A stretch of DNA of 64,000 nucleotides from Gammaproteobacteria bacterium (GTDB lineage: Bacteria; Pseudomonadota; Gammaproteobacteria; JACKNK01), in the NCBI GenBank assembly GCA_024234895.1, contig JACKNJ010000004.1, forward strand, positions 6,791 to 70,790. The letters are read 5' to 3'. The notes under the pieces are model-generated. The model searched no databases. It saw nothing but the letters and a program-made list of their open reading frames with translations, and had not been told where the DNA came from. Position 1 is the first letter of the stretch. Each line of letters starts with the position of its first letter. Shown in pieces: positions 13,610 through 21,509 of this stretch. Position numbers and translations under genes: made by a program.

Positions 13610-13972
13610 TTACTGAGCCGGAGCCGCAGGCACATCGGACGGCGGCGCCACGGGCACATCGAGCGGGCCAGCCGGCAGTTCAACCTGCTGCTCGATCGTC
13701 TCGACCGGCACGATCTGTTCGGTAACGCTGGTCGGCGCCTTGACGTTGCCGAACAGATAGGCCAGCGCCAGGCTGGTCACGAAAAACAGGGTCGCCAAGA
13801 TCGCGGTGGTGCGGCTCAGGAAATTGCTGGAACCCTGCGCGCCGAACACGGTCGCGGACGCGCCGCTGCCGAAGGCTGCACCGGCGTCGGCACCCTTGCC
13901 GTGCTGCATCAGCACCAGCCCGATCAGGGCCAACGCGATCAGCACATGAAGACCAAGAACGATCTGGTGCAT
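13610..13972 (-). CDS. secG: Preprotein translocase subunit SecG
   Basis: 120 aa with two TM helices and a glycine-rich middle (…LMQHGKGADAGAAFGSGASATVFGAQGSSNFLSRTT…). Confidence 0.88.
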   Translation of the reverse strand: MHQIVLGLHVLIALALIGLVLMQHGKGADAGAAFGSGASATVFGAQGSSNFLSRTTAILATLFFVTSLALAYLFGNVKAPTSVTEQIVPVETIEQQVELPAGPLDVPVAPPSDVPAAPAQ

Positions 13973-13978
13973 CGTCGA

Positions 13979-14728
13979 TCAGCCCCCAGCGCGGCAAATG
14001 CCGAGGAAGTCGTCCGCGACCAGCGCGGCGCCACCGATCAGGCCACCGTCGATGTCCGGCTGCGCGATCAGCTCGGCGGCATTGCCGGGCTTCATGCTGC
14101 CGCCGTACAGGATCTGCACCTTCTCGGCAACGGCTGCATCCAGACCGGCAATCTTGGCGCGGATGAATGCATGCACCGCCTGCGCCTGTTCCGGGGACGC
14201 GGTCAGACCGGTACCGATGGCCCAGACCGGCTCGTAGGCGATCACGGCGTCATTCAGCGCGGCCACGCCTTCGAGCGCGATCACCGCGTCAAGCTGACGG
14301 GCGACCACTTCCTCGGTGACGTTGCCTTCCCGCTCCGCCAGCGACTCGCCGACACAGAGGATCGGGGTCATGCCATGGCGACGGGCGGCGGCAAATTTCC
14401 TGGCGGTGTCCTCGTCGGCCTCGCAGAACAGGCTGCGGCGCTCCGAGTGACCGACGATCACGTACTGACAGCCAAAGTCGTTCAGCATCGGGCCGGAAAC
14501 TTCGCCGGTGTAGGCACCGGAATCCTCGGTCGCGATGTCCTGCGCGCCGAAACCGATATTGGATCCAGCGAGTTGGGCCTGCACGTCAGCCAGGTAAACG
14601 TAGGGAGCGCAAACCGCAACCTGGGCATTCACATCGCCCATGCCGGCCTTGATGCCATCCAGCAGACCTTTGATGCTTTCGCGGGAACCGTTCATCTTCC
14701 AGTTACCGGCTACGAGCACTTGACGCAT
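13979..14728 (-). CDS. tpiA: Triosephosphate isomerase
   Basis: 249 aa beginning MRQVLVAGNWKMNGS, with the …VIVGHSERR… and …ILYGGSMKPGNAAEL… motifs. Confidence 0.93.
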   Translation of the reverse strand: MRQVLVAGNWKMNGSRESIKGLLDGIKAGMGDVNAQVAVCAPYVYLADVQAQLAGSNIGFGAQDIATEDSGAYTGEVSGPMLNDFGCQYVIVGHSERRSLFCEADEDTARKFAAARRHGMTPILCVGESLAEREGNVTEEVVARQLDAVIALEGVAALNDAVIAYEPVWAIGTGLTASPEQAQAVHAFIRAKIAGLDAAVAEKVQILYGGSMKPGNAAELIAQPDIDGGLIGGAALVADDFLGICRAGG

Positions 14729-14806
14729 AACAGACTCTCTATCGCTTGACGCTATTCGGGGCGGATTTCAAAGAGCGGCGCACTTTACCCGCGCCCCCCC
14801 CAAATA

Positions 14807-15481
14807 TCAATTGGCCCGGATGTGCTTGCGCAGGCCATCCAGACGGGTCGCCACCACCGGCAATCGCGCCACCAGAAGCACGGCGAGGACCGCCCCATAC
14901 AGCAGCGGTTCGCGCCAATCCGCCTTCACCGACCAGAGGAAGTGCAGCACCCCGAGCACGGCGATGGCATACACCGCCCGGTGCAATTGCCGCCAGCGTC
15001 CACCGAGACGACGGATCATCGCGTCGGTGGACGTGACCGCGAGCGGAATCAGCAACAGGAAGCCGGTGAATCCGACCGTGATGTAGGGACGCTTGACGAT
15101 GTCCTTGACGATCTCGTCCCAGGCAAAGAGATGGTCCAGGACCAGCCAGGTCGTGAAATGCAGGCCTATGTAGAAGAAGGTGTAGAGACCCAACATCCGC
15201 CGCACGCGCAGCAGTTTCCCCCACCCGGTAAGACGCCGCAGCGGCGTGATCGCCAAGGTCAGCAGCAGGAGACGCAAGCCCCAGTCGCCGGTGCGGTGAG
15301 TGATGTCCTTGATCGGCTCCGCCGCCAGCCCCCCCGTCAGCGCGTCGATCACGATGCCTGCGAACGGCAGCAGCGCCAGCACGAATACCAGCGGTTTGAA
15401 CCAACGACTGTTTAGGAATCGATCGATCACCTGGTCAACATCTCGTCTATTTGAAAGTGTGTTCGCCGGCCAATTAACCAA
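14807..15481 (-). CDS. msrQ: Protein-methionine-sulfoxide reductase heme-binding subunit MsrQ (YedZ family). The exact start is uncertain.
   Basis: Polytopic membrane protein with conserved His residues that aligns along its length to E. coli YedZ (…ITPLRRLTGW…LGLYTFFYIGLHFTTW…RRLGGRWRQLHRAVYAIAVLGVLHFLWSVK…). No msrP is adjacent. Confidence 0.75.
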   Translation of the reverse strand: MVNWPANTLSNRRDVDQVIDRFLNSRWFKPLVFVLALLPFAGIVIDALTGGLAAEPIKDITHRTGDWGLRLLLLTLAITPLRRLTGWGKLLRVRRMLGLYTFFYIGLHFTTWLVLDHLFAWDEIVKDIVKRPYITVGFTGFLLLIPLAVTSTDAMIRRLGGRWRQLHRAVYAIAVLGVLHFLWSVKADWREPLLYGAVLAVLLVARLPVVATRLDGLRKHIRAN

Positions 15482-15596
15482 GGTGCAGACGTAATCAGGA
15501 GCCCGTGGATGTCCACTTCAGACTCCGCCCGGCGAGCGACAAAGGCCGGTTGACTAGGCGGAATCGACGTCTCACTCAGGCAATGGCCATCGCGCA

Positions 15597-16181
15597 TTGA
15601 GACCGCCACATGGCGCGGAATCTCGCGGCTGCTACCATCCGGGCGGCATCCACTACGCAAGCCTGAACGTGTTCGTCAAACTGCTGCTGGCCGCCGCCCT
15701 GTTGGGCGCGATCTATTTCTTCCTGCGCTGGTTTTCCCGCACGCCGCCCGACAAGGTCGGGCAGGTCCTGCGGCGCGGCGGTTTCACGCTGTTCCTCATC
15801 GTCATCGTATTACTGGCCCTGACCGGTCGGCTGAACTGGATTTTCGCCCTGCTGGCCGCGCTGATCCCATGGGTTCAGCGCGCCTTCGGCCTGCTGCGAC
15901 TGCTGCCCTTCATCCAGAAACTTTACCAACGGCTCCGCAGTGGCGGCGCCCAGGCGGAAGAATCGCCCGGTCAACGTCCGCCCCCCGCCACCGGCGGCGC
16001 CATGACCGAAGCCGAAGCCTACGAAGCCCTTGGCTTGAAATCGGGCGCAACCCGCGAAGAGGTCGTCGCCGCGCACCGCAGGCTGATGCAGAAGCTGCAT
16101 CCTGATCGAGGCGGGAATGACTGGCTGGCCTCACGGATCAATCAGGCGCGGGACCTGCTGCTGAGCAGACTTGGCGGCTGA
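15597..16181 (+). CDS. Small inner-membrane J-domain (DnaJ-like) protein. The true start is possibly the GTG at 15669.
   Basis: Two N-terminal TM helices followed by a C-terminal J domain with an HPD motif (…EAYEALGLKSGATREEVVAAHRRLMQKLHPDRGGNDWLASRINQARDLL…). Confidence 0.6.
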   Translation: MRPPHGAESRGCYHPGGIHYASLNVFVKLLLAAALLGAIYFFLRWFSRTPPDKVGQVLRRGGFTLFLIVIVLLALTGRLNWIFALLAALIPWVQRAFGLLRLLPFIQKLYQRLRSGGAQAEESPGQRPPPATGGAMTEAEAYEALGLKSGATREEVVAAHRRLMQKLHPDRGGNDWLASRINQARDLLLSRLGG

Positions 16182-16351
16182 CCGCCGCGCACCGCATAGA
16201 TCGCGCCGACCGGCGCTGGCGGGAAATCTGACACTGCGCCCGCAACGGGCCGTCCGCAAATGGCGTCAATATTTCCGTCAGATGCCCTGATCCAACCGTG
16301 GCACCCGCCTTTGCCGCATGCCGGAATTTTTATAAAAAAGATAATTAATCA

Positions 16352-16382
16352 ATAGCTTGCAAGCTATGGCACACGCTGTGCT
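16352..16382 (+). promoter_or_regulatory. Sigma-54 (RpoN) promoter, preceded by an AT-rich tract and a 16-bp perfect palindrome
   Basis: TGGCACacgctGTGCT at 16367-16382 matches the TGGCAC-N5-TTGCW consensus. The ATAGCTTGCAAGCTAT palindrome at 16352-16367 overlaps the -24 element. An AT-rich stretch (aatttttataaaaaagataattaatc) lies just upstream. The element ends 40 nt before fliM. Confidence 0.6.
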
Positions 16383-16421
16383 CTGGTCCGTCTGACCCAA
16401 CCGTTCACCGGACACGAGCAA

Positions 16422-17423
16422 ATGGCCGAATCCGAAAAAATTCTCGAACAGGACGAACTCGACGCCCTGATGCAGTCCGTGCAGGCCACGGATGCGCCGA
16501 AACCCCGTCGTGGCAGCAGCATCGCGCGAGCCAGCGAGGACATCCGTTCCTACGACTTCGCCGCGCCCGGTCGCATCATTTCGACCTACATGCCGCAGCT
16601 TGAGCTGATCAACGAGCGCTTCTCGCGCACGTTCCGGCCCGCGCTGTTCAACCTGCTGCACCAATACGCCGATCTGTCCAAGGGCACCATCGACGTGTAT
16701 TCGTTCGCCGACTACCTGAACCAGTTGAGCGCTCCGATGAGCATCAACATGGTCCGCATCCGCCCGCTGCGCGGCACCGCGATGGTCGTCATCGAACCCA
16801 ACCTCATCTACACCATCGTCGACAGCTTCTTCGGCGGCAAAGGCCGTCCATCCACCACCAAGCGCCAGGACTTCACCCCGTCCGAGGTGCGCCTGACCCA
16901 CATGCTGCTCGAAGCCGCGCTCGACGCGCTCAAGCAAGCATGGTCCTACATCCAGTCACTGGAATTCGAATTCCTGTACTCGGAGACCAACCCGCAGTTC
17001 GCCAGCATCATGGCGGAGGGCGACTCCGAGGTGATGGTGGTCTCCAAGTTCACCGTGCAGATGGGCGAACGCAGCGGCGAGATCCACATCAACATGCCGT
17101 ATTCGATGCTCGAGCCGCTGCGCGCGCGCCTCTCCGCGTCGATCCAGAACAGCGACCAGGAACCGGACGTCCGCTTCAAGAACAGCCTGAAGAGCGGCAT
17201 GCATGGCGTTCAGGTCGAAGTGCGCGCGGAACTCGAACCGGTCTCCATCACCCTGGAAGACCTGACCCACGTCCGCGTCGGCGACGTCATCCCCGTGGCC
17301 GACGTCAGCCACGCCACCCTCTACGTCGGCGATGTCCCCGTGCACGAAGGCCGCGCCGGCACTTACCGCGGCCACGCCGCCCTCCAGGTCGACGACTGCC
17401 TGCTTCCCAGCCTGAAACGCTGA
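16422..17423 (+). CDS. fliM: Flagellar motor switch protein FliM
   Basis: 333 aa whose translation matches the FliM family throughout (…SYDFAAPGRI…LINERFSRTFRPALFNLL…IEPNLIYTIVDSFFGG…). Confidence 0.92.
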   Translation: MAESEKILEQDELDALMQSVQATDAPKPRRGSSIARASEDIRSYDFAAPGRIISTYMPQLELINERFSRTFRPALFNLLHQYADLSKGTIDVYSFADYLNQLSAPMSINMVRIRPLRGTAMVVIEPNLIYTIVDSFFGGKGRPSTTKRQDFTPSEVRLTHMLLEAALDALKQAWSYIQSLEFEFLYSETNPQFASIMAEGDSEVMVVSKFTVQMGERSGEIHINMPYSMLEPLRARLSASIQNSDQEPDVRFKNSLKSGMHGVQVEVRAELEPVSITLEDLTHVRVGDVIPVADVSHATLYVGDVPVHEGRAGTYRGHAALQVDDCLLPSLKR

Positions 17424-17471
17424 CGGCACCCCTATCCAGACCGCTATCGACTTAACCCGAGGCCAGACACC

Positions 17472-17924
17472 ATGAGCGAATTCGACATTCCCACCACCGA
17501 CAGCCCGAGCCTGGACGACCTGCCCACCACGCCGAGTCCCGCAGCACCGAAGGCCAGGGCTGAATTCAAATCCAACCCGAGCGCGCCGGACAGCGGCGAC
17601 CTGCTCGGCGGCGCGATCGCCAGAAACAAGGGCAACGGCAAGGATCTGCACCAGGACATCCAGGAGGCCCACATCGAGGTCATCATGGACGTGCCGGTCA
17701 CCCTGTCCCTGGAGATCGGTCGCACCCGCATCACCATCCGCGACCTGCTGCAGCTGAACCCCGGTTCCGTGGTCAAGCTGGAGCGCATGGCCGGTGAGCC
17801 CATGGACATCATGGTCAACGGCACCCTGGTCGCGAAGGGCGAAGTGGTCACCGTCGGCGAAAAGTTCGGCGTGCGTATCGCCGAAGTCGTCAGCCCGGAA
17901 GAGCGTATCCGGAGCCTGCGGTGA
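17472..17924 (+). CDS. fliN: Flagellar motor switch protein FliN
   Basis: 150 aa with a C-terminal SpoA/FliN domain (…VTLSLEIGRTRITIRDLLQLNPGSVVKLERMAGEPMDIMVNGTLVAKGEVV…). Confidence 0.9.
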   Translation: MSEFDIPTTDSPSLDDLPTTPSPAAPKARAEFKSNPSAPDSGDLLGGAIARNKGNGKDLHQDIQEAHIEVIMDVPVTLSLEIGRTRITIRDLLQLNPGSVVKLERMAGEPMDIMVNGTLVAKGEVVTVGEKFGVRIAEVVSPEERIRSLR

Positions 17925-18391
17925 AGCATCCGCAACACCTCATCGCACGGGCTTCCGTGACGGCAGGCCTCGGCCTGCTCGCGTCCAGCGCCTGGGCGGC
18001 GGAGGCGGTCAACGGCGCCGCCAGTCTCGCCAAGGTGCTGATCGTGCTGATGCTCATCATCGGCCTGATCTTCGGCGCCGGCTGGTTTCTGCGCCGCTAC
18101 GGCCTGCCCGGGCAGAACCGGCAGACCGGCATGCTGCAAACCCTCGACACCCTGCACCTCGGTGCGCGTGAGCGCATCGTGCTGCTCGGCGTCGGCGAGC
18201 AGCGCATCGTGATCGGCGTGAGCGGCACGCAGATGAACGCGCTGGGCCAGTTCCACGCCGACGATATCGGCGACATCCCGACGGTGACCGAGCCTGCGCC
18301 GGCGGCACCACCCGCCGCCGCAGAGCGCGTCAAATTTGCCGACGCCCTGCGCGCGAGCCTTACCAGGCAGTTGCCCGGCCTGAAGGGTTGA
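17921..18391 (+). CDS. fliO: Flagellar biosynthesis protein FliO
   Basis: 156 aa single-TM protein lying between fliN and fliP. Start and stop overlap the neighbours. Confidence 0.75.
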   Translation: MKHPQHLIARASVTAGLGLLASSAWAAEAVNGAASLAKVLIVLMLIIGLIFGAGWFLRRYGLPGQNRQTGMLQTLDTLHLGARERIVLLGVGEQRIVIGVSGTQMNALGQFHADDIGDIPTVTEPAPAAPPAAAERVKFADALRASLTRQLPGLKG

Positions 18392-19161
18392 CGGTCATGA
18401 AGCCCCTCACCCGCTCCGTCATTTACGCCCTCTCCGCCGCCGCAATGCTGTGGATCGCCGCCAGCAACGCCCACGCCGCCGCGGGCGACCTGACCATCGT
18501 CGAGATGCAGACCGGCGCCGATGGTGCCCAGACCTGGAGCCTGAAGATCCAGCTGCTGGTCATGATGACGCTGATGACGCTGCTGCCGTCGCTGCTGATC
18601 AGCATGACCGCGTTCACCCGCATCATCATCGTCATGGCCATCCTGCGGCAGGCGATGGGCACCATGAGCACGCCCTCCAACCAGATCCTGATCGGCCTGG
18701 CGCTGTTCATGACCTTCTTCGTGATGGCGCCGACCTTCGAGCGCATCCACACCGAAGGTCTGGAGCCCTACCTGAACGAGGAGATTCCGCTCGAATCCGC
18801 GATCGACAAGGCGCGCGCGCCGATCCAGGAATTCATGCTCGGCCAGACCCGCGAGAACGACCTCGCCATGTTCACCGGCCTGTCCGGTCGCGACGGCATC
18901 GAATCCCGCGAGGACGTGCCGTTCTCGGTGCTGCTGCCGGCCTTCATGACCAGCGAGATCAAGACCGCGTTCACGATGGGCTTCCTGCTGTTCATCCCCT
19001 TCCTGATCATCGACCTCGTCGTCGCCTCCGTGCTGATGAGCATGGGCATGATGATGCTGTCGCCGATGATGATCTCGACCCCGTTCAAGATCCTGTTGTT
19101 CGTGCTCGTCGACGGCTGGACGCTGCTGATGGGGACCCTCGCCGGGAGCTTCCTGACATGA
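18388..19161 (+). CDS. fliP: Flagellar type III export apparatus protein FliP
   Basis: 257 aa with a signal peptide and the conserved core …MTLMTLLPSLLISMTAFTRIIIVMAILRQAMGT…. Confidence 0.92.
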   Translation: MTVMKPLTRSVIYALSAAAMLWIAASNAHAAAGDLTIVEMQTGADGAQTWSLKIQLLVMMTLMTLLPSLLISMTAFTRIIIVMAILRQAMGTMSTPSNQILIGLALFMTFFVMAPTFERIHTEGLEPYLNEEIPLESAIDKARAPIQEFMLGQTRENDLAMFTGLSGRDGIESREDVPFSVLLPAFMTSEIKTAFTMGFLLFIPFLIIDLVVASVLMSMGMMMLSPMMISTPFKILLFVLVDGWTLLMGTLAGSFLT

Positions 19162-19427
19162 CCCCCGACGGCGCCATCAACGTGATGCAGGAAGCCCTGT
19201 GGATCACCGTGCTGCTGGCCGCCGTGCCGCTGCTCGCGGCGCTCGGTATCGGCCTGCTGGTGGCCGTGTTCCAGGCCGCCACCCAGATCAACGAAATGAC
19301 GCTGAGCTTCGTTCCGAAGCTGCTCGTGATGGCGCTGGCGATGCTGTTCGCCGGCCATTGGATGCTCGGCCTGATCATCGATTACACCCAGCGTCTGATG
19401 ACCAGCATCCCGAGCATGTTGGGATGA
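19158..19427 (+). CDS. fliQ: Flagellar export apparatus protein FliQ
   Basis: 89 aa with two TM helices (MTPDGAINVMQEALWITVLLAAVPLLAALGIGLLVAVFQAATQINEMTLSFVPKL…). The ATG overlaps the fliP stop. The 325-aa ORF-track entry 18450..19427 is a frame artefact. Confidence 0.88.
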   Translation: MTPDGAINVMQEALWITVLLAAVPLLAALGIGLLVAVFQAATQINEMTLSFVPKLLVMALAMLFAGHWMLGLIIDYTQRLMTSIPSMLG

Positions 19428-19453
19428 ACTCCCTGTATCTGGCCCACATGCCC

Positions 19454-19527
19454 GTAGGAGCGGCTTCAGCCGCGATCGGCATCTGCGTGTTCGACCTACG
19501 CCCTTCGCGGCTGAAGCCGCTCCTACA
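19454..19527. repeat. REP-type palindromic repeat (inverted pair of GTAGGAGCGGCTTCAGCCGCGAT) in the fliQ-fliR intergenic region
   Basis: gtaggagcggcttcagccgcgatcg … cgcggctgaagccgctcctaca. The two arms are reverse complements. The same 23-mer recurs at 36024, 48903 and 56735. Confidence 0.85.
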
Positions 19528-19549
19528 CACAGCAAACACCTGACTCGTC

Positions 19550-20365
19550 ATGCCCTTCGACATCGACCAGTTCTCGGCCCTGATGGCGCAGTTCATGGTG
19601 CCGTTCCTGCGCATCGCCGCGCTGTTCAGCGTCGCGCCGGTGCTGGGCCACCGCAATCTGCCGACCAACGTCCGCATCGCGCTGGCCGCGCCGGTGGCGA
19701 TCTTCGTCGGTGGCCTGCTGCCGCCGGTCGGCGACCTCGCCAGCTACGACCCGCTGTCGATCTCCGGCTTTCTGTTCATCGCCGGCCAGATCGTCATCGG
19801 CCTCGCCATCGGCTTCGCGTTCCGCATGGTGTTCTCCGCACTGGAGATCGGCGGGCAAGTCATCTCCATGCAGATGGGCCTCGGCTTCGCGGAGATGACC
19901 GACCCGGCCAGCGGCGCGCGCGTGCCGTCGCTGGGCCACATGTACAACATCCTCGGCACCCTCGTTTTCCTCGGTCTCGATGGCCACCTGATGCTGGTTC
20001 AGCTGCTGGTCGACAGCTTCGAACTGCTGCCGATCGGTCAGGGCACGATCGCCCCGATCGGCGCCCGTCAGCTCGCCGACTGGGGCGTGAAGATGTTCCA
20101 GGGCGCGGTCATGCTGGCGCTGCCCGCCATCGCCGCGCTGCTCGCGGTCAACCTCGCTGCCGGCGTCATGTCGCGCGCGGTGCCGCAGTTCAACATGATG
20201 ATCGCCTTCCCGATGATCCTGCTGCTCGGTCTGATCATCCTCGCCGTCACCGTGCCGCAGTTCTTCGAACACTTCGAAGGCATGTTGACGGACATCCTGA
20301 CCACGCTCGGCACCGCGCTCGGCGAGCCGGCCGCGCCCAGCCTCGGAATCGATCCCAATGGCTGA
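19550..20365 (+). CDS. fliR: Flagellar export apparatus protein FliR
   Basis: 271 aa polytopic membrane protein of the FliR family, in the expected position before flhB. Confidence 0.88.
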   Translation: MPFDIDQFSALMAQFMVPFLRIAALFSVAPVLGHRNLPTNVRIALAAPVAIFVGGLLPPVGDLASYDPLSISGFLFIAGQIVIGLAIGFAFRMVFSALEIGGQVISMQMGLGFAEMTDPASGARVPSLGHMYNILGTLVFLGLDGHLMLVQLLVDSFELLPIGQGTIAPIGARQLADWGVKMFQGAVMLALPAIAALLAVNLAAGVMSRAVPQFNMMIAFPMILLLGLIILAVTVPQFFEHFEGMLTDILTTLGTALGEPAAPSLGIDPNG

Positions 20366-21509
20366 ACAGGACAGCGGCCAGGAACGGACTCAGGAGGCCA
20401 CCGAAAAACGCAAGGAACAAGCCCGCAAGGAAGGCCAGATCCCGCGCTCGCGGGAGCTGAACACCTTCGCGATGGTGCTTGCCTCCACGCTGGGTCTCGC
20501 CGGGCTCGGCCCGATGATGCTCGACGACATGCGCACGCTGATGACCGCGGCCTTCACCCCGGATCGCGCCGTGATCGCCTCGCCCAAGCTCGCCTTCGCC
20601 CATTTCGCCTCCGCCCTCGGCGACGCGCTGCTGACCATCGCCCCGCTGCTCGCGCTGCTGACCATCGTCGGTCTGGCCGCGCCCATGCTGCTCGGCGGCT
20701 TCAATTTCAGCAGCAAGGCGCTGGCGCCGAAGTTCGACCGCATCAACCCGCTGAAGGGCATCAAGCGCATCTTCTCGACCCACGGCCTGATCGAACTCGC
20801 CAAGGCGCTGCTCAAGTTCACGCTGATCGCCTCGGTGATCGGCCTCTGGCTGTGGGCGACGATGGATGATTTTCTGGCACTGGGCCGTATGCCCTACCCC
20901 GAAAGCCTCGCCGCGATCGGCGATCTGGTGCTCGAAACCCTGCTGATGGTGCTTGCGCCGCTGGCCGTGATCGCGCTGATGGACGCGCCGATGCAGGTCA
21001 TGCAGCACGTCAAGAAACTGAAGATGACCCAGCAGGAGATCAAGGAGGAGTACAAGGAGGCCGAGGGCAGCCCCGAGATGAAGGGCCAGCGCCGCCAGAT
21101 GCAGATGCAGATGGCGCGTCAGCGCACCGCCCAGCGCGTGCCGGAGGCCGATGTCGTGGTCACCAACCCGACCCATTTCGCGGTCGCGCTGAAGTACGAC
21201 GAAGCCAACATGCACGCGCCCACGGTCGTCGCCAAGGGCACCGACCTGATGGCCGCCCACATCCGCACCCTGGCCACCCAGGCCGGGGTGCCAATAATTC
21301 CGGCACCGCCTTTGGCACGCGCCCTGCACTACAGCACTGAAATCGACGAAACCATCCCGGAAGGGCTGTTTCTCGCCGTCGCTCATGTGCTGAGTTACGT
21401 GTTCCAGCTGCGCCAGGCCCGGAAGAACCCCTGGTCGCGCCGCCGGCGTGTAGCAAAGTTTGACGGAGAGAACCTGCCGATCCCGCAGGACCTCCGCCAT
21501 GACCCGTAA
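20358..21509 (+). CDS. flhB: Flagellar export apparatus protein FlhB
   Basis: 383 aa beginning MAEQDSGQERTQEATEKRKEQARKEGQIPRSRELN, followed by four TM helices and a C-terminal NPTH autocleavage motif (VVTNPTHFAVALKY). Confidence 0.93.
   Translation: MAEQDSGQERTQEATEKRKEQARKEGQIPRSRELNTFAMVLASTLGLAGLGPMMLDDMRTLMTAAFTPDRAVIASPKLAFAHFASALGDALLTIAPLLALLTIVGLAAPMLLGGFNFSSKALAPKFDRINPLKGIKRIFSTHGLIELAKALLKFTLIASVIGLWLWATMDDFLALGRMPYPESLAAIGDLVLETLLMVLAPLAVIALMDAPMQVMQHVKKLKMTQQEIKEEYKEAEGSPEMKGQRRQMQMQMARQRTAQRVPEADVVVTNPTHFAVALKYDEANMHAPTVVAKGTDLMAAHIRTLATQAGVPIIPAPPLARALHYSTEIDETIPEGLFLAVAHVLSYVFQLRQARKNPWSRRRRVAKFDGENLPIPQDLRHDP

Noticed and set aside
19375-19677. Short ORFs translating to …CRSGFSRD… or …IAAEAAPT…, also at 35997-36230 and 36060-36287
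   Set aside because: These are translations of REP palindromes and recur wherever the REP occurs. They are not genes.
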